Positions 37,312 to 47,274 of a stretch of DNA of 64,000 nucleotides are shown piece by piece. Under the pieces are notes generated by a model. That model searched no databases and was not told where the DNA came from. It was given only the letters and a program-made list of their open reading frames with translations. Made by a program: the position numbers and the translations under genes. This DNA is from an uncultured Gemmatimonadales bacterium (GTDB lineage Bacteria; Gemmatimonadota; Gemmatimonadetes; Gemmatimonadales; GWC2-71-9), in contig CAWEWK010000010.1 of the NCBI GenBank assembly GCA_963812755.1, positions 107,872 to 171,871 on the forward strand, in the 5' to 3' direction. The first letter of the stretch is position 1. Each line of letters opens with the position of its first letter.

Positions 37312-39429
37312 GTGACCCTCTCCGTCGATACCGTCGCCCCTGCCGCACCGGCCGATCTCCGAGACCTCTCGCTCTACCTCAACCGCGAGCTCTCCTGGTT
37401 GGAATTCAATCGGCGGGTGCTGCACGAGGCAGTCGATCCGCGGACACCCCTCCTGGAGCGGCTCAAGTTTCTGGGAATTTTCAGCAGCAATCTGGACGAA
37501 TTTTTCCAGGTCCGCGTGGCGGGCCTCAAGCAGCAGCTTGCCGCCGGGATCGTGGAGCGAACCGCGGACGGGATGACCCCCGAGGACCAGCTTCGCAGCA
37601 TCTCGGCCGTCGTTCGAGATCTCTGCCGGCAACACCGCGACTGCTTGATGGACGACGTGTTGCCGTCGCTGACGGAGGCCGGGGTAAGGGTGCAGCTGGA
37701 CATCTCCGAGCTTCCCCGGGCAGACCGGGATCACCTCGATGCCTATTTCCAGTCCAATGTCTTTCCGGTCCTCACCCCGCTGGCGGTAGATCCTGGCCAT
37801 CCCTTTCCCTACATCTCCAATCTCAGCTTGTCGTTGGCGGTGGTCCTCCGGGGCGCGGACGGGGAGGAGCGATTCGCCCGGGTGAAGGTCCCCAAGATCT
37901 TGCCTCGCTGGGTGCCGCTCACCACGCCGAACAGCTTCGTGCCCCTGGAGGAGGTCATCGGGGCCAACCTCGAGTCGCTCTTTCCCGGAGTGGAGATCCT
38001 GGGTTGGTACACCTTCCGCATCACTCGAAATACCGATCTCCAGATCGACAACGGCGACGAGGCCGACGACTTGCTCGCGCTCATCCAGGAAGAGGTCCGC
38101 AACCGGCGGTTCGCCGAGGTGGTGCGGATCGAGGCCCACGCCTCGATGCCGGCCTCGCTGAGACAACTACTGCTCGCGGAATTCAGCGAGCAGCAGGAGC
38201 CGCCGGCCCGGCCATTGACGGCCGATGATCTCTACGAGGTGCTCGGCTTGATGGACACCGCCGACCTGATGACTCTCGCGTTGCTCGACGTTCCACCGCT
38301 CCGCGATCCCGTCTTCCATCCCGGTACCCATCCGCGGTTGGCGGCCAACCGGAACATTTTCGACGTGATCCGCGAGGGCGACCTGCTGCTGCATCATCCC
38401 TACGACAGCTTTGCCACCTCGGTCGAGCGCTTCATACAGGCCGCGGCGGAAGATCCGGACGTGCTGGCGATCAAGCTCACGCTCTACCGGACCGGTGGCG
38501 ATTCGAGCATCGCCCGGCTGCTGGCTCAGGCAGCCGAACGGGGCAAACAGGTCGCGGTCCTGATCGAGCTTCAGGCCCGGTTCGACGAGGAGAACAACAT
38601 CATCTGGGCCCAGCGGCTGGAAGACGTGGGGGTCCACGTGAGCTACGGTGTGGCCGGGCTCAAGACCCACGCCAAGGTGATGCTGGTCGTCAGGCGCGAG
38701 GGAGACGCGATTCGTCGCTACGTTCACATCGGAACCGGGAACTACAACCCCAAGACCGCCAGGCTCTATACCGACTTTGGCCTGCTCAGCGACGACCCCC
38801 AGCTGGGCGCGGACCTGACCGATCTCTTCAACGTGTTGACCGGATTCGCCTCGCCGTCGGGCTATCGCAAGCTGGTGGTCGCTCCCCGCGGGATGCGCGA
38901 GCGCTTTCTGGAAATGATCAAGCGGGAGGTGGCCCACCGTCGCGCCGGCCGGCCGGCTCGAATCCTGGCCAAGATGAACGCACTGGTGGACCCCGATATC
39001 ATTGCGGCGCTGTACGAGGCGTCTCGCGCCGGGGTGGCGATCGACCTGATCGTTCGGGGAATCTGCTGTCTGCGGCCGGGGCTCCCGGGAATCAGCGATA
39101 CCACTCGGGTGATCAGTATCGTGGGCCGGTTCCTGGAGCACTCACGGGCGTTCTACTTCCTCAATGGTGGGCAGGAGGAGGTCTACATCGGCTCAGCCGA
39201 CTGGATGCCACGCAACCTGGAGCGGCGCATCGAGGCGGTCGCCCCGATCGACGACCCGGCTCACCGGCAGCAGATCCGTGATCTGTTGCTCTTCATGTGG
39301 CAGGACAACCGGCAGGCTTGGGAGTTGGGGCCGGATGGCAGCTACCAGCAGCGGAGACCGGCGGAAGGAGAGCCCGAGAGAGCGACCCATCGAGCGTTGA
39401 TCGAGGGGGTCAGAACGGCAACCCTTTAG
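37312..39429 (+). CDS. ppk1: polyphosphate kinase 1
   Basis: 705 aa. YLNRELSWLEFNRRVLHEA N-terminus. Autophosphorylation region KTHAKVMLVVRRE. Two PLD-like domains (HIGTGNYN, RFLEHSR). Confidence 0.95.
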   Translation: MTLSVDTVAPAAPADLRDLSLYLNRELSWLEFNRRVLHEAVDPRTPLLERLKFLGIFSSNLDEFFQVRVAGLKQQLAAGIVERTADGMTPEDQLRSISAVVRDLCRQHRDCLMDDVLPSLTEAGVRVQLDISELPRADRDHLDAYFQSNVFPVLTPLAVDPGHPFPYISNLSLSLAVVLRGADGEERFARVKVPKILPRWVPLTTPNSFVPLEEVIGANLESLFPGVEILGWYTFRITRNTDLQIDNGDEADDLLALIQEEVRNRRFAEVVRIEAHASMPASLRQLLLAEFSEQQEPPARPLTADDLYEVLGLMDTADLMTLALLDVPPLRDPVFHPGTHPRLAANRNIFDVIREGDLLLHHPYDSFATSVERFIQAAAEDPDVLAIKLTLYRTGGDSSIARLLAQAAERGKQVAVLIELQARFDEENNIIWAQRLEDVGVHVSYGVAGLKTHAKVMLVVRREGDAIRRYVHIGTGNYNPKTARLYTDFGLLSDDPQLGADLTDLFNVLTGFASPSGYRKLVVAPRGMRERFLEMIKREVAHRRAGRPARILAKMNALVDPDIIAALYEASRAGVAIDLIVRGICCLRPGLPGISDTTRVISIVGRFLEHSRAFYFLNGGQEEVYIGSADWMPRNLERRIEAVAPIDDPAHRQQIRDLLLFMWQDNRQAWELGPDGSYQQRRPAEGEPERATHRALIEGVRTATL

Positions 39430-40508
39430 ACTCCGCAAACTGCCTCATCAACGCCTGTTCCTCGGGTGTCAGATCCGACGGCACGCTCACCTGCACCGCC
39501 ACCAACTGATCGCCCTTACGGCCGCCTTTCTCCAATCCCTGTCCCTTGATTCGGAACTTCCGTCCCGGCTGGGTGCCCGGCGGGATCCGAAGGACCACCT
39601 TCTTGCCGTCCAATGTGCGCACTCGGAGCCGGGTGCCGAGGACCGCCTGGATCAGGTTGATCGTGACCTCGCAGATGATGTCGAGGCCTTCGCGCCGGAA
39701 GAAACGGTCGGGCTGCACCTGAAAGGTGATCACCAGGTCGCCCGGCGGTGCGCCCGGACGTGGGGCCTGACCTTGACCTCGCAGGCGAACCCGGGACCCC
39801 GTCTCGGTCGCCGGTGGAACCGTGATCATCACCCGGCGCTCGGTGCGAACCTCGCCGGCGCCGTGACAGGTCGGGCACGGCTGTGACGGAATGCGGCCTC
39901 GTCCCCGGCACTGGGGACAGGGACGATTCACCGCAAAGCCGCCCTGCCCGAAAGAAATGGTTCCTCGTCCGTTGCACTCCGGGCAAGTCGACCAGGTGGC
40001 GCCGGGAGCGCCGCCGCTGCCTTTGCAGGTGGCGCAGGTTTCGTTCATTGCCAAGGTGACCGGCACTTTGCCGCCCAGCATCGCCACCCGGAAGGGCACC
40101 TCAACCATCGCCTCGAGCATCTCCGGGGCAGCCGCCTCGTCCCGCCGGCCCCGTCCGAAGATCGAGGAAAAGATGTCTCCCAGCCCGCCGAAATCGGCGA
40201 AGTCAAAATCCGCCGCCTCGCCGCCGCCCCTGTCCATGCCGCCGGCTCGGGCTCCAGCTCGTTGGCGCCCGGGCATGCCGTCGAACGCGCCCAGCCGCCG
40301 CATCTGGTCGTACTGCTTGCGCTTTTCGGCATCGGAGAGCACTGCGTGCGCCTCCGAGATTTCCTTGAAGCGCTCGGCAGCAGACAGGATTGCTGGGATT
40401 GGCGTCAGGATGGTACTGCTTCGCCAGCCGGCGATAGGCCTTCTTGATGTCCTCCTGGCCGGCCGAGTCGGGCACCCCAAGGACCTGATAGAAGTCCTTT
40501 GCCGCCAC
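39410..40508 (-). pseudogene. dnaJ: molecular chaperone DnaJ, reading frame broken by an apparent 1-nt insertion near 40380-40391
   Basis: The J-domain N-half ([41 protein letters not shown]) is in one frame. The rest is in the +1 frame: [17 protein letters not shown].., G/F region, four CxxCxGxG zinc-finger repeats and the C-terminal domains. Total span is 1099 nt = 3n+1. Confidence 0.85.
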
Positions 40509-40509
40509 G

Positions 40510-41190
40510 TCAGTGTCCCTGAGCGGAGTAGACCTGCACCCGCGCGGGTCTCACCAGGGCCCCCTTGAAGCGATACCCGGTCTGGAAGGTGGCGCTCACT
40601 GTGTTGTCCTGCGATGGTTTGACCGGAGGCACGGTGGAAACGGCCTCGTGGACGCTGGGGTCGAACGGCTCACCCACCGGATCGATTCGCTCCACACCGG
40701 CATCTTGAAGCTGCTTCCACAGCTTCCGGTCGACTGCGGCGACACCTTCGCGTAGGATTGCGGGGGGCGTGGCCTCGATGTCGCTGGCCCCCAGCCGGTC
40801 GAGATCGTCGAGCACGTCAAGCAGCTTGCCCACGAAACTGGCTTGCGCGCGGTCGGTCAGCTCGGCCCGCTCTCTGGACGTGCGCTTGCGGTAGTTGTCG
40901 AACTCCGCGGCGAGGCGGAGCTGGCGATCCCGCATTTCCTCGAGCTGGGACTCGAGGCGGCGAATCGCTTCTTCCTGGGGCTCGACCGGCAGCGCGCTGC
41001 CGCGTTCGCCAAAGGCTGACTGGGTATCGTCGTCCCGGGAGGAAGGTTCGGCCGACATGTCGGTGGACGCCAGGTCGGCGCCATCCGCACTGCGACCGGT
41101 CGCGGCGGCAGGACCGGCCATGCCGCCGGGAGTATGAATGGGATCCGACTCGGCCTTACGGCCTGGTCTATATCTTGAATTGTCAGTCAC
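40510..41190 (-). CDS. grpE: nucleotide exchange factor GrpE
   Basis: [16 protein letters not shown] and [15 protein letters not shown] motifs. The N-terminal extent is uncertain; internal ATGs at MAGP/MSAEP are alternatives. Confidence 0.9.
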   Translation of the reverse strand: MTDNSRYRPGRKAESDPIHTPGGMAGPAAATGRSADGADLASTDMSAEPSSRDDDTQSAFGERGSALPVEPQEEAIRRLESQLEEMRDRQLRLAAEFDNYRKRTSRERAELTDRAQASFVGKLLDVLDDLDRLGASDIEATPPAILREGVAAVDRKLWKQLQDAGVERIDPVGEPFDPSVHEAVSTVPPVKPSQDNTVSATFQTGYRFKGALVRPARVQVYSAQGH

Positions 41191-41335
41191 TTTGGGTACT
41201 CACCTGAAGCCGAAGGTTACCCCAAAGATAATAGCGAGCGGCGTAGCTGGGGGTGGGGTCAGAGTGGCAGGCGAGAAGCGGGGCCGCGGTATATACTGAG
41301 TTCTCACACACACGCACACTCATCCGGAGGCATGC

Positions 41336-42931
41336 ATGCCCCGGCACTCGCGCACCGTCCTGGTTCTCCTCGCTATCGCAATCGCCCAGCCATTTCCGGG
41401 ACACAGTCAGACGGGCGGGCTGGGCTCGGTCAGCTTTCCCAACTCGGGCGCGCGGGCGGCGCAGCGAGCCTTCATCCGCGGGCTCGCCCTGCTGCACAGC
41501 TTCGAGTATGACGACGCTGCCGAGGCATTCCGGGAAGCCCAAACGGTCGACTCCGGCTTCGCGATGGCCTATTGGGGAGAGACCCTCAGCTATGACCATC
41601 CGCTGTGGGGTGAACATGACTCTACTGCCGCCCGTGCGGTGCTGGCCCGACTGGGCGACACGCCGGAGCGCCGGATCTCTCGCGGGGGGACCCCGCGCGA
41701 GCGGGGGTATCTCGAGGCCGTAGAAGCACTCTATGGTGAAGGTGCGTTGAAGGAGCGGCGCGCGGCGTACGAGGGGGCGATGGCTCGGGTACACGACGAC
41801 TACCCGTCGGACCTCGAGGCGGCGAGCCTTCACGCGCTTGCGATTCTTTCTACTCGCTCGGGTCCCAAAGTCGACCTGCGCAAATCGGTCCAGGCCGCGG
41901 CGATCGTGGAGGATGTGCTTCGGCGCAACCCGACTCATCCCGGTGGCACCCACTACCTGATTCACGCTTACGACGACCCGGTGTTGGCACCACTTGGGCT
42001 TCCGGTGGCCCGGAAGTACGCTCGTATCGCACCCAAGGCTGAGCATGCGCTCCACATGCCGTCGCACATCTTCGTGCAACTCGGGCAGTGGGATGACATG
42101 GTCGCCTCAAACGAGGCCGCCTGGACCGCCTCCAAGGCCTGGGTTAAGCGAAAAGGGGCGGCCAATTCCGACCTCGACCTCCATGCCGCCGCATGGCTGC
42201 ACTATGGCTACTTACAGCAGGGCCGCTACGGCCGGGCCAAGGCGTTGAGCGATTCGCTCGGCGCACTGTTCCCGGCGGAGGCACGCGACAGTGCGCCGCG
42301 GCACGTGACCTCCTATCTCACCATGGTGGCCGTCCAGACGGTGGTGGAGACGCGGCGTCGGGACTCCACGCGGGCAGGCGGCGTGTTCAAGCCCTGGGAG
42401 CCCATCCTACAGGCGGCGGCAGGAGCGATGCCCCTGGGTGATCGCGAGACGGTCGCCGCCGGCCTGGCCGGTTACCGCCTACGAGCCGACACCATCAAGC
42501 AGCATCATGATGGTATGATGCCACCCGGGGTCCGCGCATTCGAGCGCAAACTGACCGCGATGGACGCCAGGGTGAACGGTCGAGACGACGAGGCGGTGGC
42601 CGCGCTGACCGAGGCTGCTACTCTCGAGGAGGATTTGTCCATCGTGGGGCCACCAGTCGATCCCCCGGCGCGCGAGCTGTTGGCCGACCTGCTGCTGGAG
42701 CTGGAGCGGGCGCCGGAGGCGGCAGCAGCCTACGATACGACCCTGCGGCGCACCCCGCTCCGATCGTCTGCCCTACTGGGGCGGGCTCGGGCCGCGGTCA
42801 AAACCGGGGACGCCGAAGGCGCCGCGCGATGGTACGGGTTGCTGCTGCGCAATTGGCGGGCTGCTGACGCCGATCTACCCGAGTTGGCCGAGGTTAAGGC
42901 AGGAGCCAACCGGGCGCGGGCCTCGCGCTGA
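41336..42931 (+). CDS. secreted TPR-repeat protein (hypothetical)
   Basis: Signal peptide VLVLLAIAIAQPFPGHSQ. Repeated TPR-like helices, e.g. C-terminal LGRARAAVKTGDAEGAARWY. 531 aa. Confidence 0.65.
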   Translation: MPRHSRTVLVLLAIAIAQPFPGHSQTGGLGSVSFPNSGARAAQRAFIRGLALLHSFEYDDAAEAFREAQTVDSGFAMAYWGETLSYDHPLWGEHDSTAARAVLARLGDTPERRISRGGTPRERGYLEAVEALYGEGALKERRAAYEGAMARVHDDYPSDLEAASLHALAILSTRSGPKVDLRKSVQAAAIVEDVLRRNPTHPGGTHYLIHAYDDPVLAPLGLPVARKYARIAPKAEHALHMPSHIFVQLGQWDDMVASNEAAWTASKAWVKRKGAANSDLDLHAAAWLHYGYLQQGRYGRAKALSDSLGALFPAEARDSAPRHVTSYLTMVAVQTVVETRRRDSTRAGGVFKPWEPILQAAAGAMPLGDRETVAAGLAGYRLRADTIKQHHDGMMPPGVRAFERKLTAMDARVNGRDDEAVAALTEAATLEEDLSIVGPPVDPPARELLADLLLELERAPEAAAAYDTTLRRTPLRSSALLGRARAAVKTGDAEGAARWYGLLLRNWRAADADLPELAEVKAGANRARASR

Positions 42932-42937
42932 GCCAGC

Positions 42938-44198
42938 TCATCCATCGGCCAGCCGGCGGTTGAGTAGGAAAAGCGCGGCTTGTGCGGCTCGGGCCCGGAT
43001 CTCCTGCCGGGAGCCGGGGAAGACGCTACGCCGCCCCAAACTGCCGGCTGCGTCGGCAACAGCGATCCAGACGGTGCCCACCGGCTTCTCGGGACTGCCT
43101 CCGCCCGGCCCGGCGATTCCAGTGACCGCCACCGCGAGGTCGGCGCCGAGTCGCTCCCGGACACCCTGCGCCATAGCCTGCACCACCGGCTCGCTGACGG
43201 CCCCATGCTCAGCAATCAGCGCTGCCGGCACCCCGAGCAGCTCAGTCTTGAGCTTGTTGGAATAGCAGATCACGCCGCCTTCGAATACGTCGGAGCTTCC
43301 GGGGACCTCGGTGAGCCGGCCCCCCACCAAGCCGCCGGTACACGATTCGGCGACGCCGAGTCGCAGGTTGCGCTCGCGCGCGCGTTGCAGCACGAGGGCG
43401 GCGAGGTCGGTTTCATCTTCGCCGTAGGCGTGCTCGCCGGCCCGCTGGCACAGCAAGCGCGCACCAGCGACGAGCCGTGCGTCGGCTTCGGCCGGCCCGA
43501 GACCCCAGGCGCTGAGGCGCAGATCGACTCCCTCGAGTCCAGGCAAGTACGCCAGCGTCAGTGGGGCGATCTCCTGCTCGATGTCTGCCCATGCGCTCGG
43601 CCAACGTGGACTCCGGAATGCCGGTGGTACGCACCAGCCGGGAACGGATGACGGTTTTCCCGCCCTGGTCGGTCAGCCGAGGGATCACCTCGTGCTCCAG
43701 CAGCTTCCGCATCTCGGAAGGAACACCCGGCAACATGATGACCAGCCCTCGTCTGCCGTCCAACACGGGGAGTGGCGCGTCGAGCCACAGTCCCGGCGCC
43801 GTGCCCCACCGATTGCGGAGCACGGTCGCTCCCCGGGGCACCTCCGCCTGGCTGCGATTGCTGGTCGCCGGGGTTCGTTGCATCCGAGCGAAGCGGGCCA
43901 GCAGATCGGCCCACACCGACTCGTCGAAATCGAGCGGTGCGTCGAACAGCTGGGCCACGACTCTCTTGGTGATGTCGTCCCGGGTCGGGCCCAGGCCGCC
44001 GGTGGTGAGTACGGCTCCAGTGCGGCGCAGCCCGGCCAGGACCGCGTCGGTGATCTCGGGGGCCCGATCGGGAACTGCGGTGCGGCGGACCACCTCGACG
44101 CCCTGGGCCCCCAACGCGCGGGCGATCTCCGCTCCGTTGCTGTCGAGGGTGAACCCGAGCAGCAGCTCGGTGCCGATGGTGACGAGCTCGAGGTTCAT
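42938..44198 (-). pseudogene. cinA: competence/damage-inducible protein CinA (MoCF domain + PncC-type NMN amidohydrolase), frame broken by an apparent 1-nt insertion near 43583-43590
   Basis: The N-terminal frame reads MNLELVTIGTELLLG...TTGGLGPTRDDIT...GIPESTLAERMG. The +1 frame continues DIEQEIAPLTLAYLPGLEGVDLRLSAWG...LGVAESCTGGLVGGRLT. Span is 1261 nt = 3n+1. Confidence 0.85.
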
Positions 44199-44202
44199 GA
44201 GT

Positions 44203-44230
44203 AGCTATGGAGCTATGGGCTGTGGCCATT
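44203..44230. repeat. possible degenerate half-copy of the heptad element
   Basis: AGCTATGG AGCTATGG GCTGTGG CCAT in the 35-nt gap between the cinA start and the pgsA stop. No inverted partner seen. Confidence 0.35.
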
Positions 44231-44233
44231 CCG

Positions 44234-44872
44234 TCACCGCAACCGATCCGAGAACAGGTGCCGATTGTGATAGAGATAGAGCACGAAGGAGTAGACCGTG
44301 AGCAGGGTTGCCACCGCGAGGGCGACGGCCACGAATCCGCCGTGGAACTCGTTCCAGTACTCGGCGTACCGGCTGTTCTCCCATCCCATCGGCTTGCGCG
44401 CGTCGCGAAAGGCGAACCACAGAATCACCGCACCGATGAAGATGTTCTGGATCGTGGTCTTGAGCTTCCCCGCCCCGCCGGCCGGTATCACCACACCCCG
44501 GCGGCTGGCCCACCACCGGAACCCGGTCATGGCCAGCTCCCGCCCGATCAGCAGGATGCACACCCAGAGCGGGATGCTGCCCCAGATGGGGATGTCGTAG
44601 AGATCGTGGCGCCAGCGGGAGATGAAGTAGATGGGAATCAGGGTCGCGAACAGCAGCAGCTTGTCCGCGATCGGATCCAGCATCTTGCCGAGATCGGTAA
44701 CCTGATTGCGGGTGCGGGCGAGGTGACCGTCGTACACGTCGCTGATCGCCGCCGCGAGGAAAATGAGAAAGGCGATCAGCTTGGGCCAGTATCCCTCGAT
44801 AAACGGCAGCAGTGCGATGACCGGGGTGAAGCAGATCCGGACCAGGGTGATGATGTTGGGGAGGGTCCACAT
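44234..44872 (-). CDS. pgsA: CDP-alcohol phosphatidyltransferase (PgsA-like)
   Basis: LPNIITLVRI. Signature DVYDGHLARTRNQVTDLGKMLDPIADK (D-G-x2-A-R...D-x3-D). Multi-TM, 212 aa. Confidence 0.85.
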   Translation of the reverse strand: MWTLPNIITLVRICFTPVIALLPFIEGYWPKLIAFLIFLAAAISDVYDGHLARTRNQVTDLGKMLDPIADKLLLFATLIPIYFISRWRHDLYDIPIWGSIPLWVCILLIGRELAMTGFRWWASRRGVVIPAGGAGKLKTTIQNIFIGAVILWFAFRDARKPMGWENSRYAEYWNEFHGGFVAVALAVATLLTVYSFVLYLYHNRHLFSDRLR

Positions 44873-44881
44873 CGCGGCCGC

Positions 44882-45556
44882 CTACCCCAGCGTCTTGACG
44901 ACGGTCTTGCTGATGGCCTTGAGAGTGTCGAACACCCCTTCGCCGGTGAGCGCCACCGCCTCGAAGTACGGCGCCCGTTCCACCCACTGGCCGTCCTGCT
45001 GGGCCGTGAGAAACTCCGACTCGTGATAGGGATCCGGTACCGTGCGCTGCTTCGCCGGATCCTCCACCGGCCATCCCGGGTTGAGCGACTGCTGCAACTC
45101 GGCGATCGGCGCCGCATTGGGGAGATCGCGCTTGTTGTATTGGATGGCGAAGGGAATCTTGGTCAGGTCGTAGCCGTGCTGGGCCATGTTCTCGTAGAGA
45201 TTCTGCATCGCCTCGATGTTGGCGTCCATCCGCTCGATCTGGCTGTCGGCCACGAAGACGACGCCGTCGACGCCCTTGAGGATGAGCTTGCGCGAGGCGT
45301 TGTAGTACACCTGGCCCGGGACGGTGTACAGGTGGAACTTCACCTTGAAGCCGCGGATGGTGCCCAGGTCCACCGGCAGAAAGTCGAAGAACAGGGTGCG
45401 CTCGGTTTCAGTGGCCAGGGAGATCATCTTGCCCCGGGCCCCCGGCGCCACCTTGTTGTAGACGAACTCCAGGTTGGTGGTCTTCCCACCCAGGCCCGGT
45501 CCGTAGTACACCAGCTTGCAGTTGATCTCGCGCGAGGCGTAGTTGATCATCGACAT
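44882..45556 (-). CDS. mglA: Ras-like GTPase MglA (with internal insertion)
   Basis: [51 protein letters not shown] and [10 protein letters not shown] are near-identical to canonical MglA motifs. 224 aa versus the roughly 195 expected. Confidence 0.9.
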   Translation of the reverse strand: MSMINYASREINCKLVYYGPGLGGKTTNLEFVYNKVAPGARGKMISLATETERTLFFDFLPVDLGTIRGFKVKFHLYTVPGQVYYNASRKLILKGVDGVVFVADSQIERMDANIEAMQNLYENMAQHGYDLTKIPFAIQYNKRDLPNAAPIAELQQSLNPGWPVEDPAKQRTVPDPYHESEFLTAQQDGQWVERAPYFEAVALTGEGVFDTLKAISKTVVKTLG

Positions 45557-45570
45557 GCGATGGCGTCCCC

Positions 45571-46059
45571 TCAGGCCCCAAAGAGTTTGTCGATCTCGTC
45601 TTCCGCCTCGCCCAGAAACTCCGACTCCACCGGCTGGCGAGTGCCGTCCCGCGCGAACATGTCGGTGAACACCTGGTTGAGCTGTCCCACCGCACCCTTG
45701 ACCCTCAGCTTGACCAGGCCGAGCGTGGTCCGGTTGTCGAACAACACCACCAGGATGACCCGCCGGGCAACATCGGCCAGGTACATCGACTCCCGCTCTC
45801 CTTGATGAAAGAGCGCGCCGAACTCGGCCTCGCCCAGCATGCGGGCCAACTGGTCGTTGGCGCTGAAGTCGGCCGCGGTGAGGGAGGCGAAGGCGGTGGC
45901 ATCGAACGCGGGCGCCTCTCCGACCGTCGCGACCATCTGACCGGTGCGATCCACGATCAGCGCGGTTCGGGCGTTGGATTCGCCCAGGAAGCTACTGAGA
46001 ATCGCCTGGATCCGACGGGAATCCTCCTCCCTGAAGGACCAGCTCGAGGCACCGCTCAT
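45571..46059 (-). CDS. mglB: Roadblock/LC7 domain protein MglB (MglA GAP)
   Basis: Roadblock fold signature [15 protein letters not shown]...[10 protein letters not shown]. Immediately upstream of mglA on the same strand. Confidence 0.8.
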   Translation of the reverse strand: MSGASSWSFREEDSRRIQAILSSFLGESNARTALIVDRTGQMVATVGEAPAFDATAFASLTAADFSANDQLARMLGEAEFGALFHQGERESMYLADVARRVILVVLFDNRTTLGLVKLRVKGAVGQLNQVFTDMFARDGTRQPVESEFLGEAEDEIDKLFGA

Positions 46060-46069
46060 CGGCCCAGTC

Positions 46070-46339
46070 TCATGCCAGATTCGCCTCCAGCCGGCGGACG
46101 ATCGTCTCGGCCCGCCGGCGCAGCATCGGCTGCCGCTCCCACGCCAGATAGTCGCGGAGCAGGCGCACGGTGTCGACGTCGCCCTTTCCCGCCAGAAAGC
46201 CCAGGGCGGCGAGCCGCTTGAGCGGGCGGGGGTTGAAGAGATCTCGCCGGTGAAATGCCAACCGCTGCTGGGCCGCCAACCAGCCGGCGGCCACCCCCAA
46301 GGCTACGCCCCCGACGAACACCAGCCCACGAGAGCGCAT
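46070..46339 (-). CDS. hypothetical small membrane-anchored protein
   Basis: ATG 46339 overlaps the recR stop (TGATG). N-terminal TM LVFVGGVALGVAAGWLAA. 89 aa. Confidence 0.5.
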   Translation of the reverse strand: MRSRGLVFVGGVALGVAAGWLAAQQRLAFHRRDLFNPRPLKRLAALGFLAGKGDVDTVRLLRDYLAWERQPMLRRRAETIVRRLEANLA

Positions 46340-46929
46340 CAGGTGACCTCCTGTCGCGCCACCAGGGCATGTGCCAGGGTGACGCCGTCGATGTACTCGA
46401 GGTCGCCTCCCATCGGCAATCCCCGGGCCAGCCGGGTGACCCGTACCGGCCGGCCGGCCAGGAGCTGCTGGATGTAGGTCGCGGTCACCTCCCCCTCCAT
46501 CGAGGGGTTGGTGGCCAGGATGACCTCGCGGACACCCCCCTCTTCGACCCGCCGAACCAGCCGGTCGAGCCGTAATGCCTCGGGGCCGACCCCGTCCAAC
46601 GGCGACAGCCGGCCACCCAATACATGGTACCGGCCACGAAAGTCGGTACACCGATCGACCACGGCCACCGTAGACGGCTCCTCCACGACGCAGAGGAGCG
46701 CGGCGTCCCGCCGCGGATCGCGGCAGATAGCGCAGGGCTGCTCCTCGGTGAGGTTGCCACACTCCTCACAGGGTCGCACCTTCTCGGCCACTGCCACCAG
46801 CGCGGACGCCAGCCGGGCGGCCTGTTCGGGAGATTGCTGCAACAGATGAAAGGTGAGACGCTGAGCGGTTTTCCGGCCGATCCCGGGTAGCCTGGCCAGC
46901 TCCGCGATCAGCTCCTCGATAGCAGCCAC
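46339..46929 (-). CDS. recR: recombination protein RecR
   Basis: LIAELARLPGIGRKTAQRL HhH. C4 zinc finger CEECGNLTEEQPCAIC. Toprim CVVEEPSTV... Confidence 0.95.
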   Translation of the reverse strand: MAAIEELIAELARLPGIGRKTAQRLTFHLLQQSPEQAARLASALVAVAEKVRPCEECGNLTEEQPCAICRDPRRDAALLCVVEEPSTVAVVDRCTDFRGRYHVLGGRLSPLDGVGPEALRLDRLVRRVEEGGVREVILATNPSMEGEVTATYIQQLLAGRPVRVTRLARGLPMGGDLEYIDGVTLAHALVARQEVT

Positions 46930-46932
46930 CGG

Positions 46933-47241
46933 TCAGGAAGGCAAGCCGAAGGGCAGCGACGGTACTTTCCGCATTTCGGCCTGAAGCATCTCGGCCGCCC
47001 GTCGTTGCGCCTCCGCCACCGCCGCCAGCACCAGGTCGCTCAGAAACTCGGCGTCGTGGTTGCCAAAGACTGCCGGGTCGATGACGACTGACCGCACCGT
47101 GCCCCGTCCATCGGCCGTCACCCGCACCATCCCACCACCGGCCGTGGTCTCGATGGTGCGATTGGCCAACTCGCTCTGCAATTGCTGAAGCCGGCCCTGA
47201 ACCTGCTGGCCAAGCTGAAAGAGCTGCTGAAGGTCTGCCAT
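46933..47241 (-). CDS. ybaB: YbaB/EbfC family nucleoid-associated protein
   Basis: 102 aa. QLQSELANRTIETTAGGGMVRVTADGRGTVRSVVIDP pattern. Conserved dnaX-ybaB-recR synteny. Confidence 0.9.
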   Translation of the reverse strand: MADLQQLFQLGQQVQGRLQQLQSELANRTIETTAGGGMVRVTADGRGTVRSVVIDPAVFGNHDAEFLSDLVLAAVAEAQRRAAEMLQAEMRKVPSLPFGLPS

Positions 47242-47274
47242 GCTGAGGCCAAAGTATTTGTGAGGAGGCGACTT

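Noticed and set aside
41191-41335. CIRCE (HrcA) operator or RpoH-type promoter upstream of grpE
   Set aside because: I looked for TTAGCACTC-N9-GAGTGCTAA and CTTGAA..CCCCAT and found neither. There is only a loose TGAGT..ACTCA dyad and a (CA)n-like run, which is not enough to call.
41328-41339. 12-bp palindrome GGCATGCATGCC at the TPR protein start codon
   Set aside because: It is a short palindrome containing two out-of-frame ATGs and is plausibly chance. There is no second copy and no supporting context.
41183-42079. 298-aa minus-strand ORF upstream of grpE
   Set aside because: It is antisense to the TPR protein gene and has no motifs. I had checked whether it could be hrcA or dnaK, but it resembles neither.
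44207-45805. 532-aa plus-strand ORF
   Set aside because: It is antisense to pgsA, mglA and mglB, all of which have strong family signatures on the minus strand.
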